Assembly: GCA_007129945.1 (NCBI GenBank)
Contig: SKUN01000087.1
Location: forward strand, 21,985-85,984
From: Bacteroidales bacterium
GTDB lineage: Bacteria; Bacteroidota; Bacteroidia; Bacteroidales; UBA7960
Length of the DNA: 64,000 bases
Reading direction: 5' to 3'
Shown: piece after piece, positions 44,626 through 53,810 of the stretch
Numbering within the stretch: the first letter of the stretch is position 1
Layout of the letters: each line of letters starts with the position of its first letter
Made by a program: the position numbers and the translations under genes
Notes under the pieces: model-generated
The model's input: the letters and a program-made list of their open reading frames with translations, nothing else
Told to the model about the DNA's origin: nothing
Databases searched by the model: none

Positions 44626-44727
44626 CTGATTTTATTTTTAATTAACCAACAAGTTTTGTTTACATCAGGTTTTGTTTACACGGTTAACGGAACGAGTGCA
44701 TGGCCACCCTCCGAACCCCGAAATCCT

Positions 44728-45621
44728 TTATTTGCCTATTGCTTCCTGGCCGACGGACTCCAATCTGTAATCTTCTGCAGGCTTATCCTTTAGTCCGACA
44801 TACTCCCGGCTGATTTCCCAGAGTTTTTCGGCCACTTCCATATCCCTGGCGTGGCCTGTGGTTTTGGCGATTTTCTTTTTGGCAAAATATTCTCCGGTTA
44901 CATCTTCTACCTCCGGTGAGGTGGCCAGGTAAATACTCGTCTGCGCACCCTTTTCCGGCGAGATCATAAATAAACCGAACAACCACCGGAATAACCGGGG
45001 CATTTTGTCAAACAACCTGGTTTCCACAACTCCCGGGTGAAGACAATTGACGGTCACCCCCTTATCCTCCAGGTCCCGGGCCAACTTTCTGGTAAAGAAA
45101 ATATTGGCCAGCTTGCCCTGGGCATAGGAGCGCATACTCGACCAGCGCTTTTCGCCCTCCAGGTCATTGAAGTTTACAGCAGCCTGCTTGTGCGCTGTGC
45201 TTGACACGTTCACAATCCGGGCAGGCGCACTGGCAACGATGGTATCCAGAAGCAAATTGGTCAGCAGAAAAGGAGCCAGGTGATTCACGGCGAAGTTCAT
45301 TTCGATACCGTTTTCCGACAGCTTCCGTTTGGTTTCCCAGGTACCGGCGTTATTCACCAACAAGTGCAGCCGGTCATATTTTTTACTGAACGAGGCAGCA
45401 AATTGCCGGATGGAATCAAAAGAAGCCAGGTTGCAGTGCATCACTTCCACTTCTTTGTTGCCGGTCAGTTCCGCCAACTCTTCTTTGAAGGCTTTTCCTT
45501 TGTCCATGTTCCGAACCGGAAGTACCAGACGCATTCCCTTTTGGGCAAGCGCAATGGTCGTTACCCGGCCAATGCCCGAAGTAGCACCCGTCACAACAGC
45601 CGTTTTTCCATTTAAATCCAT
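44728..45621 (-). CDS. Short-chain dehydrogenase/reductase (SDR) family oxidoreductase
   Basis: TGATSGIG cofactor motif, NNAG, and a YxxxK context (YAQGKLAN). 297 aa. Confidence 0.85.
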   Translation of the reverse strand: MDLNGKTAVVTGATSGIGRVTTIALAQKGMRLVLPVRNMDKGKAFKEELAELTGNKEVEVMHCNLASFDSIRQFAASFSKKYDRLHLLVNNAGTWETKRKLSENGIEMNFAVNHLAPFLLTNLLLDTIVASAPARIVNVSSTAHKQAAVNFNDLEGEKRWSSMRSYAQGKLANIFFTRKLARDLEDKGVTVNCLHPGVVETRLFDKMPRLFRWLFGLFMISPEKGAQTSIYLATSPEVEDVTGEYFAKKKIAKTTGHARDMEVAEKLWEISREYVGLKDKPAEDYRLESVGQEAIGK

Positions 45622-45710
45622 AGATATGATATTTGGTTAAGTTAATTTTCTCCTACCAAAGAAAACATTTATTTTCATCCATTGTTTACTTTAATACCCA
45701 TTAACCCATC

Positions 45711-46010
45711 AGGCACAAAGCGCCGACAAACCATAAAACCCATGCAACCTCCCGCAAACAACAACCACCGACCAGCAGCCCCGAACTACCCCCTTCTACC
45801 TTCGAGCTTCGAGCTTCTCCCTTCGAGCTTCCAGAAAAACCAACCAACAACTGCATTGGCCATTACCAGACCATAGACAGCTTTCCCATTCTCCGGCCCA
45901 TGAATGAGAACCAACAACCATTTAACCAACAACTGCATGGGCCGTTTACCAGTCCGTTGGTTTTCCCCCTCACTCATCCCATGAGAACCAACAACCAACT
46001 AACAACCTCC
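45711..46010. repeat. Locus R6: mosaic repeat modules in a divergent intergenic region
   Basis: Contains GCGCCGACAAACCATAAAACC, CCCCGAAC, a short CTTCGAGCTTC tract (45789-45833), GGGCCGTTTACC, and two ATGAGAACCAACAACC cores (45904-45919 and 45981-45996). Confidence 0.8.
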
Positions 46011-46015
46011 AAAAA

Positions 46016-47185
46016 ATGTCCCGCACCATGGCCTTCCTTCTGTTTTTCGGCATCGTACTCACCATCTACTTCCTGGGTAACTACTATGTATTTATACGCG
46101 GAATGCAGGCATTGCCCGAAGGCAGCTCAATAAAAACACCCTTTATATGGATTTTCTGGATTCTTGCCGCCACCTACGTAACCGGACGCATCCTGGAAAA
46201 CATATACCTGAGTTACCTGAGCGATGTCCTTGTATGGACCGGATCATTCTGGCTGGCAGCATTGCTCTACCTTTTTCTGGCCGTACTCTTTTTTGACCTG
46301 CTCAGGCTCATCCATCACTTTTTGCCGTTTTTCCCGGCTTTCGTCACCGCCAACATGGACAAGACACGTTACTTTTTGTTTACCGGAACTATCATCGCAG
46401 TGGTAGTCCTGATCACCGGGGGTTTTATCAATGCCCGCAACCCGGCCGTCAGAAACCTGGACATTCAGATTGATAGCAAAAAAACCGGAGAAAGGGACCA
46501 AATACGGGCCGTTCTGCTGTCTGACATTCACCTGGGGACCATTATCGGAAACGGGCACTTCAGCCGTATCGTCGAACAGGTCAACAGTCTCAGTCCGGAC
46601 ATCATCCTGCTTGCCGGCGACATTCTGGATGAAGATCTGGCACCCCTCATCCGTCAAAACACAGGAGAAACATTGAAACAACTGAAGGCACCGCTGGGAG
46701 TATACGGCATCATGGGGAACCATGAACACATCGGCGGGGCAGCCGCAGCGCAAAAATACCTGGAAGATCATGGAATTCAGATGATACGCGACACCGTCCT
46801 GGAGATCGAAGACAGTTTCTACCTGGCCGGACGGGATGACCGCGACAAAGTACGTTTCGGTGGCAGGGAGCGCCTTCCCCTTGAAAAGCTATTGGAAAAT
46901 ACCGATATGGATTATCCGGTCATACTGATGGATCATCAGCCACTGGATCTGGAAAAAGCGGCAAGTTTGGGGGTCAGTATGCAGTTGTCCGGACACACCC
47001 ACAACGGGCAGTTATGGCCCTTGCGTTATATTACACAGTCAATGTACCAAATCAGTTATGGATACAGGAATATCAACGGGATGCATGCCTATGTAACCAC
47101 CGGCACAGGCACGTGGGGGCCCCCGGTGCGGATTGGGAATCGACCGGAAATCGTGCAATTAAACATAAAATTCAATGAGAAATAA
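46016..47185 (+). CDS. Membrane-anchored metallophosphoesterase (YkuE-like)
   Basis: N-terminal TM helices, then LSDIHLG, AGDILDE, GNHE and GHTHNGQ phosphoesterase motifs. Confidence 0.8.
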   Translation: MSRTMAFLLFFGIVLTIYFLGNYYVFIRGMQALPEGSSIKTPFIWIFWILAATYVTGRILENIYLSYLSDVLVWTGSFWLAALLYLFLAVLFFDLLRLIHHFLPFFPAFVTANMDKTRYFLFTGTIIAVVVLITGGFINARNPAVRNLDIQIDSKKTGERDQIRAVLLSDIHLGTIIGNGHFSRIVEQVNSLSPDIILLAGDILDEDLAPLIRQNTGETLKQLKAPLGVYGIMGNHEHIGGAAAAQKYLEDHGIQMIRDTVLEIEDSFYLAGRDDRDKVRFGGRERLPLEKLLENTDMDYPVILMDHQPLDLEKAASLGVSMQLSGHTHNGQLWPLRYITQSMYQISYGYRNINGMHAYVTTGTGTWGPPVRIGNRPEIVQLNIKFNEK

Positions 47186-47230
47186 CGGACGGCAGCTTTT
47201 CAGCCAGGGTTATCAATAAGCACCATGGCA

Positions 47231-47521
47231 TCAGTAAGACACCACTTCAGGTTCCGTTTCCTTCCCTGCCTTCTCTTTTTTTGATTTTTTCCCAAAAAGA
47301 CCACTGAAAAAACCTGACAGGCGGGAAACAACTCCGTATGCGTAACGCGCACCACCGGCGGCACGGCGAAACAAGGTGAAAAAAGTAACCACCTTGCCGA
47401 CGGCCCGAAGACTGTCTGACAGATCTTTTTCCGCCATCAGTGCCTCATAACGCAGACGGGCCTTTTCTACCCTAAGATCCTGCATCGTCCTGACATCTTT
47501 CAATCGCTCAAATGGAATCAT
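47231..47521 (-). CDS. Hypothetical small protein (last gene of a YtxH operon)
   Basis: 96 aa. Its start overlaps the upstream gene's stop by 4 nt. No family recognised. Confidence 0.45.
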   Translation of the reverse strand: MIPFERLKDVRTMQDLRVEKARLRYEALMAEKDLSDSLRAVGKVVTFFTLFRRAAGGARYAYGVVSRLSGFFSGLFGKKSKKEKAGKETEPEVVSY

Positions 47522-47901
47522 GCTTTGCTTTTGTCTTTTGGGTCTGTGGAATCATCCCGGAGGAATAAATTCAGCAAAATACGGATGGCCGCCCTTCCGA
47601 AAATACTTTTCCGCCGGGCAAAAAACACCAATGCCAGCAACAGGTAAAAGCCACCGACAATGAGCATCCCATAGCCATATGAATCAAGCAGGCCACCCAG
47701 AAACCAGGCAGCCGCACCCGATATGAACAACAGTGCGAGCAGCAAAATTGCCGCCACCACCAGATTGGCTATCAGGAGGCTCAATGCCTTCGCAGCCTTC
47801 TCGAACGCCAGAATCCCATAGTATGAAATCCTGGTCTCAATGTACTTTTGGATATTGTCTTTCAGTGAAACAATATGTGCCAGCAACTCCTTACCTTCCA
47901 T
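47518..47901 (-). CDS. Small membrane protein, phage-holin-family/Holin-X-like (2 TM)
   Basis: 127 aa with two long hydrophobic segments. I recall the position after a YtxH gene as a conserved Bacteroidota pairing. Confidence 0.55.
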   Translation of the reverse strand: MEGKELLAHIVSLKDNIQKYIETRISYYGILAFEKAAKALSLLIANLVVAAILLLALLFISGAAAWFLGGLLDSYGYGMLIVGGFYLLLALVFFARRKSIFGRAAIRILLNLFLRDDSTDPKDKSKA

Positions 47902-47919
47902 GAAAGAGATTTAGGGTTC

Positions 47920-48174
47920 TTATTTGTCCGCTTCGGCAACTGATTTCTTCACCTTTGCCCTGGCGTCATCGGCTAAATCACCCACATAATTCTTCAATTC
48001 ATCAAATTTGGTGTTGACCTGTTTGGTGAGTTCATCCGTATACTCCTTGCTCTTTTCCGTCACTTTTTTCCTGGTCTCATCACCTGAACCGGGAGCAAAA
48101 AGAAGACCGGCCGCCACACCTACTGCGGCTCCAAAAATAAAACCAAACAACACTTTTCCGCCTGAATTACTCAT
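47920..48174 (-). CDS. YtxH-domain protein
   Basis: MSNSGGKVLFGFIFGAAVGVAAGLLFAPGSGDETRKK is the canonical YtxH N-terminus. ATG 48174 is preferred to the TTG at 48183. Confidence 0.7.
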   Translation of the reverse strand: MSNSGGKVLFGFIFGAAVGVAAGLLFAPGSGDETRKKVTEKSKEYTDELTKQVNTKFDELKNYVGDLADDARAKVKKSVAEADK

Positions 48175-48454
48175 AATATGCAAATTTTAAGTTAAACAAT
48201 CATTTTAAAAAAATCTACAACCAATTTTTGGCTGTAGTCTACAGGTACATAACAAATATAGTCAAAATTTGATCAAATGCCAACGTTTTGAGCTAATTTC
48301 CGTCAAATGTAAACATTTTGACATCGTTTACGTATATTGTACGAGGGTTACGTACAGGCCATTGTGCTACTATTGATTACTTTTACATATTATAACCCGG
48401 CCTGGCTCTCATCCGATGTATACAAGACCCCGGCAACAATTGTTGTGATCGTTT

Positions 48455-48946
48455 ATGATGAAAAAACAGGAAATCAGCCTACGATACCATGAAGTGGAAA
48501 ACATCCGGGATTTACCGGATGATGAACAAGAGCTGGTAAAGGCAGCCAGGGAAATGACGAAGAAGGCCTATGCCCCGTATTCTTCTTTCCATGTAGGTGC
48601 TGCCATCTTGCTTCAGAATGGTGAGATTGTACGGGGATCCAACCAGGAAAACGGGGCATACCCCAGTGGGTTATGTGCCGAAAGGGTGGCGGCTTTTGCT
48701 GCATCATCCATGTTTCCCCGGATTGCCATGAAAAAGATTGCGGTCAGTGCAAGCTCTCCGGAGTTCCCGCTTGAAGGACCCGTTTCTCCATGCGGAGCCT
48801 GCCGGCAGGTGCTGCTTGAATATGAAGCATCCCAGCAAGTTCCGATGAAAATACTCCTTTCCAAAGAAGACGGTAAGATCATCATTATAGATAAAATCAG
48901 TGATATGCTCCCCTTTTCATTCATTGGCAGCGAATTAAAAAAATGA
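48455..48946 (+). CDS. cdd: Cytidine deaminase
   Basis: CAERVA (HAE/CAE zinc motif) and PCGACRQVL. 163 aa. Confidence 0.88.
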   Translation: MMKKQEISLRYHEVENIRDLPDDEQELVKAAREMTKKAYAPYSSFHVGAAILLQNGEIVRGSNQENGAYPSGLCAERVAAFAASSMFPRIAMKKIAVSASSPEFPLEGPVSPCGACRQVLLEYEASQQVPMKILLSKEDGKIIIIDKISDMLPFSFIGSELKK

Positions 48947-49827
48947 TTCAGATGAAAAAAGCCTTTTTGTTACTGGTCTTGAGTTTGATACTGGGGCCAT
49001 TCAGGGTTCCGGCACAGGAAAAACCTGCTTACCGGATTTATACATCCGACGGGGAACCGGCCACTTATGGGGAAATGCTCACCAAATCCGGTCAGTCGGA
49101 AGTAATTTTGTTCGGTGAGTTGCACAACAACCCCATTGCACACTGGTTACAATTTGAGCTGGGGATGGATCTTTTCACAGAAAAAGACAGCCTGCTGACC
49201 ATAGGGGCTGAAATGTTTGAGGCGGATGATCAGCTATTGCTGGACGAATATTTTGGCGGGGTCATCCAGGAACGACACTTCACATCAGAAGCCAAAGTGT
49301 GGAACAATTACCAGACAGATTACCGGCCACTGCTAGAATTTGCCAGGGAAAACGGACTGGAGTATGTTGCCACCAATATCCCCAGGCGCTACGCCGCCCT
49401 TGTGAACCGCGAAGGATTTGAAGCCCTGGACACATTAAGTCAGCAGGCAAAGCAATACATCGCTCCTCTGCCAATTCCTTATGACCCGGATCTTCCCGGT
49501 TATAAGGCAATGCTGGAGATGGGCGATATGCCGGCCCATGTGAGCGAAAACCTTCCGAAGGCGCAAGCCATCAAGGACGCCACCATGGCCCACTTCATTC
49601 TTGAAAACCTGAAAGAAGGAGGCACATTCCTGCACCTGAACGGCGCATACCACTCCAACAACAACGAAGGGATCAACTGGTATCTCCGGTATTATACGGA
49701 GTTTCCAGTGGAGATCATGACCATCAGCACGGTGGAGCAGGAGCGTACAGAAGAACTCCTGGAGGAAAATTCCGGCCTGGCTGATTTTATTATCGTGGTT
49801 CCCTCAACCATGACAAAAACCTACTGA
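48943..49827 (+). CDS. ChaN-family (DUF399, haem-binding-uptake/Tiki-like) lipoprotein or secreted protein
   Basis: Signal peptide, then ILFGELHNNPIAHWLQFEL, typical of ChaN-like proteins. Confidence 0.65.
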   Translation: MIQMKKAFLLLVLSLILGPFRVPAQEKPAYRIYTSDGEPATYGEMLTKSGQSEVILFGELHNNPIAHWLQFELGMDLFTEKDSLLTIGAEMFEADDQLLLDEYFGGVIQERHFTSEAKVWNNYQTDYRPLLEFARENGLEYVATNIPRRYAALVNREGFEALDTLSQQAKQYIAPLPIPYDPDLPGYKAMLEMGDMPAHVSENLPKAQAIKDATMAHFILENLKEGGTFLHLNGAYHSNNNEGINWYLRYYTEFPVEIMTISTVEQERTEELLEENSGLADFIIVVPSTMTKTY

Positions 49828-50040
49828 GCTGCTGGCCGGCCACAGTCAGCCCACACGCCGCCAGCCTGATTCCGGGCCTTGGCAAGCGGCTTACGCCTTA
49901 ATTCGTCACTCCGGCATAATCATTGTCCGGGTATTCTGATTTTGCCTTCCGGCTGAAAAAAACAACCGCAAACCGCATCGAGCCCTGAACTGCAAGGCCA
50001 TTAATTCCTTTTGGCATATTTTTACCAATATTTACATGCC

Positions 50041-51165
50041 ATGGAAGAAGAATTGCTTTACCAGATTGCCCTTACGCGTATTCCGGGGATAGGAGGTGTA
50101 ACCGCTAAAAAACTGATCCGTTATTGCGGAGGCGTCAGGGAAATATTCCGGGAGAAACAAAATGCACTGAAAAAAATCCCCGGAGTCGGCGACAGCATTG
50201 CCGGTAAAATCGGGCATCACCATGATTTCAGGCAGGCGGAACGGGAAATACACTTTATCCGCAAACATCACATCCGCCCCCTGTTTTACCAGGACGAAGA
50301 ATACCCTTACCGGTTAAAACAGTGCGAAGACGGTCCCCTGCTGTTGTTCGTCAAAGGAAAAGCTAACCTGAATCACCCCCGCATACTGGCGGTGATCGGC
50401 ACCAGAAGCATGACCCCTTACGGAAAAGAGATGTGTGAACAGCTCATTGCCGGGCTGGCACCATACAACCCCATGATCATCAGCGGGCTGGCCTACGGGG
50501 TGGACGCCTGTGCACATAAGTCGGCGCTTAACAACGGTTTACCGACCGCTGCTGCCCTTGGTCACGGCCTTGATCGCATTTACCCTCCCCTGCATGCATC
50601 CCTGGGAAGGAAAATCACCGAAGACGGCGCATTGCTGACAGACTTCCTGTCCGGGAGCAAACCCGAGCGGGAAAACTTTCCAAAGAGAAACCGCATCATT
50701 GCCGGATTGTGTGATGCCGTCATTGTGATCGAAGCGGCAGTAACCGGAGGCGCCCTGATCACGGCCAACATTGCCAATACCTACAACCGGGATGTGTTTG
50801 CCATCCCCGGGCGGATTACCGATCCCTACAGCCGGGGATGTAACAAGCTGATCCGAATAAACAAGGCCCACCTGCTGGAGAGTGCAGCCGACATCCAATA
50901 CATCATGAACTGGGAGCCGCGTAACACCGAAAAGCCGGCAACCCCCCCGGGCCTGTTCGTGGTCCTCACGAAGGAAGAGAAAACCATGACCGGGTTTCTG
51001 AAAAACAACCCGGATGCGGGGATTGATCAGATTGTTTCAGGAACAGGATTCAACCTGAGCAAGGCATCTTCGATCTTGCTCAGCCTGGAATTTAAAGGGG
51101 TGGTAAAGTCTTTGCCAGGCAAAGTTTTCGCCCTCAAATGCGCAACAGAACTGCCGGGGCAATAA
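50041..51165 (+). CDS. dprA: DNA-processing protein DprA
   Basis: LTRIPGIGGVTAKKL (HhH), then a Rossmann-like domain with GLAYGVDACAH and NRIIAGL. ATG 50041. Confidence 0.88.
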   Translation: MEEELLYQIALTRIPGIGGVTAKKLIRYCGGVREIFREKQNALKKIPGVGDSIAGKIGHHHDFRQAEREIHFIRKHHIRPLFYQDEEYPYRLKQCEDGPLLLFVKGKANLNHPRILAVIGTRSMTPYGKEMCEQLIAGLAPYNPMIISGLAYGVDACAHKSALNNGLPTAAALGHGLDRIYPPLHASLGRKITEDGALLTDFLSGSKPERENFPKRNRIIAGLCDAVIVIEAAVTGGALITANIANTYNRDVFAIPGRITDPYSRGCNKLIRINKAHLLESAADIQYIMNWEPRNTEKPATPPGLFVVLTKEEKTMTGFLKNNPDAGIDQIVSGTGFNLSKASSILLSLEFKGVVKSLPGKVFALKCATELPGQ

Positions 51166-51232
51166 ATCCGGAGGCATACCCGGGGGAGACATCAAAAAAT
51201 TTGTACTTTTATTTGCTCCCCCGAAATAAATA

Positions 51233-53059
51233 ATGACCATGCGCATCAGAAAATCTTTCTTAATCAAACCAGCAGCGCTGCTGTTACCAATTGTGCTCAT
51301 ACTGCTTTCCTGCCACGCCCGGGGCCAGGATTACCGGATGAGTGCACTGAGTCTGGAGCTGCGGCTGAATGAGGACGGCTCCATGCAGGTGCGGGAAGAC
51401 CGTGAATTTATCTTTGACGGAGAATTTTCCTTTGTTTACCGGGCCTTTCCTCTGGATGGACAAGCCAGTTTCAGTGATTTCAGGGTATTCGAAGGAGATA
51501 ACGAATATGTGGAAAGTGATTCTGAAGCTCCCGGAACCATGCGGATAACTGAAAACGGAAACCATAAAGAGCTGCGCCTGTTTTTTGAAGCCCGGGATAC
51601 CACACGCACATTCACATTCCGCTTCACGGCTGAAGGAGCCACGGAAAGATACCAGGATAATGCCCTTTTTTACTACCAGCTAATTTCGGATGAATGGGAC
51701 CAGCCCCTGCATAACATCCGTGCACATATTTACCCGCCGGAGCCCCTGCCTGAAGGGGAGCCTGCACACTGGGTGCATGGCTCCCTGGATGCCGTTTCGC
51801 AGATACTTGATGAGGGTGCCGTTCAGGTAAGCCTGGATCGCCTGCCGGCCAACAGCTACCTGGAGTTAAGGGCCCTGTACCCGGCGGAGGCTTTCCCGGA
51901 TCTGCCCGTCATAGAACAAGAGATCCGAGAGGAGGTGATGGCAGAAGCCGCTGCGCTTACCGAAGAGGCCAACCGCCTCCGGCGTGAAGCCATGGAACAA
52001 AAGGCCGGGGAGGAAGCCCGTCATCAAAGGGGCAAACAACTGGTACTTCCGGTCTCGCTGCTATACATCCTGATCTGGGTCACCCTCTTCAGAAAGTACA
52101 GCAAAAAGCCCACCCTTCCCGAGCAACCCGGCGCCTTTACCCGGCTGCCGGCCAAAGACAAACCCGCCCTTGTCAATTACTTAATGAACCAAACTGAGGT
52201 GAACGGCAACGCTTTGGTTTCCACACTTTTTCACCTCGCCTACAAGGACTTTGTCCGGGTCGAAAGCACAGAAGAGCGCAAAAAGGGATTTTTGGGGACC
52301 CGTAAGATCACCGATACATCTTTTATTCTGAACCGGGCATACTGGGAGTCCAACAAGGAAAGTCTGTTGCCATTTGAAAATGAACTGCTGCAATTTCTGT
52401 TTGACGAATTGGCGGAAAAAGAAGATCAGTTATCGCTGAAACGGATGAAAAAGAAGAGATCAGGGATGCAGAAATTTTTCGCTAAATGGAAGAAGAATGT
52501 AAAACAGGAAGGCAAAAATAAAAACTGGTTTGATCACCAAAGCAAAAAAGGACAGCAAACCGGATTTATAATCAGCATTGTCGCCATGCTCGGGTTTCTG
52601 GGACTCACCATATATTACGGGCCCTGGATGCTCATCCTCACAGGACTTGCATTCCTCTCGCTCATTGCCGCCATCCTGATGCTGCAACGCACCACAGAGG
52701 GCGAAAAAGCATACCGACAGTGGAAGTCTTTGCACCGGCACCTGAAAAGATTTAATTTTCAATCAGAAATGGAACAGCTGGATGAAGAGGCGATCAACGA
52801 ATACCTGATCTACGGACTGGCACTCGGCCTGGGACCAAAATACTTCAAGAAACTGACCGGGGGGTTGGAAACTTCCGGTAACACTGCCTATATTGCCTGG
52901 ATCGTATTGCACAATGCCAACCTGCAATCAATCGGAGATACCGTTCACACTGTAATTACGACTACCAGCACCACCATGAGCTCTGCCAGCGGTGCCGGAG
53001 GAGGCGGAACCGCGGGAGGCGGAGGAGGAGCGTCATCCGGCGGAGGGGGAGCGGGTTAA
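51233..53059 (+). CDS. DUF2207-family membrane protein with a Gly-rich C-terminal tail
   Basis: Signal/TM segment, a large extracytoplasmic N-terminal domain, central TM helices, and the tail GAGGGGTAGGGGGASSGGGGAG, as I recall for DUF2207. Confidence 0.7.
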   Translation: MTMRIRKSFLIKPAALLLPIVLILLSCHARGQDYRMSALSLELRLNEDGSMQVREDREFIFDGEFSFVYRAFPLDGQASFSDFRVFEGDNEYVESDSEAPGTMRITENGNHKELRLFFEARDTTRTFTFRFTAEGATERYQDNALFYYQLISDEWDQPLHNIRAHIYPPEPLPEGEPAHWVHGSLDAVSQILDEGAVQVSLDRLPANSYLELRALYPAEAFPDLPVIEQEIREEVMAEAAALTEEANRLRREAMEQKAGEEARHQRGKQLVLPVSLLYILIWVTLFRKYSKKPTLPEQPGAFTRLPAKDKPALVNYLMNQTEVNGNALVSTLFHLAYKDFVRVESTEERKKGFLGTRKITDTSFILNRAYWESNKESLLPFENELLQFLFDELAEKEDQLSLKRMKKKRSGMQKFFAKWKKNVKQEGKNKNWFDHQSKKGQQTGFIISIVAMLGFLGLTIYYGPWMLILTGLAFLSLIAAILMLQRTTEGEKAYRQWKSLHRHLKRFNFQSEMEQLDEEAINEYLIYGLALGLGPKYFKKLTGGLETSGNTAYIAWIVLHNANLQSIGDTVHTVITTTSTTMSSASGAGGGGTAGGGGGASSGGGGAG

Positions 53060-53727
53060 ACCTCTGACAGCAGGTTGTCCAGATTTTCGAATTTCATCTG
53101 ATAATCTACAACCGAACGTCGGATCACCTCTTTGGCATCTTTGGCATCGTAAGTGTGTGTGATCTCAATATCAAGTTGTGTATTGGGAAGGTCTTTATAG
53201 GTAAGAAAATAGTGCTTCAACCTTTCCAGCACTGCCGGCGGGCAATCTGCAATGTCGCGGATGTCTCCGTAAACGGCATCATCTTTCAGCACGGCGATGA
53301 TCTTGTCATCGGCCTGGCCACGATCAATCAATCGAAACCCACCGATTGGATGAGCATCCACCAGGATATTCCCGTGAGAAATGGATTTCTCAGTCAGCAC
53401 CACAATATCCAGCGGGTCATAATCCCCCACAATGTCCTCACGCCCACACTTTTCAATGGCAAAAGCTGCCACTTCAGCATCACACAAAGTCTGCGGAATG
53501 AACCCATACAGGGCTGGCAAAACGTTTGAATACTTCTGTGGCCGATCAATTTTCAGGTACCCGCTGATCTTGTCCACTTCGTATTTGACCGTATCGGTCA
53601 TCACCATTTCAATAAAACAGGTGATCTCATCCGGGGCTTTGTCACCAATTTCCACACCGTGCCAGGGATGTGATTTATAACGCAACCCCATCAGCCGGCC
53701 AATGGGATCCATAATTCTGTTTGCCAT
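53056..53727 (-). CDS. ppa: Inorganic diphosphatase (family I, long Bacteroidota type)
   Basis: HPWHGVEIG...FIEMVMTDTVKYEVDK...YGFIPQT...DPLDIVVL acidic metal-binding motifs. Confidence 0.8.
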   Translation of the reverse strand: MANRIMDPIGRLMGLRYKSHPWHGVEIGDKAPDEITCFIEMVMTDTVKYEVDKISGYLKIDRPQKYSNVLPALYGFIPQTLCDAEVAAFAIEKCGREDIVGDYDPLDIVVLTEKSISHGNILVDAHPIGGFRLIDRGQADDKIIAVLKDDAVYGDIRDIADCPPAVLERLKHYFLTYKDLPNTQLDIEITHTYDAKDAKEVIRRSVVDYQMKFENLDNLLSEV

Positions 53728-53810
53728 AATATCACTGTTTTTCGCAAAATTACAGATAAATTCTCTTTCAACAATTTTTATTAATTTCGCTCGCAGGATA
53801 AATTGCTGTT

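Noticed and set aside
53056-53059. Convergent DUF2207 and ppa genes overlapping by 4 nt at their stop codons (TTAA).
   Set aside because: The overlap is real but is a common consequence of compact gene packing. It implies mutual read-through antisense transcription and nothing more specific.
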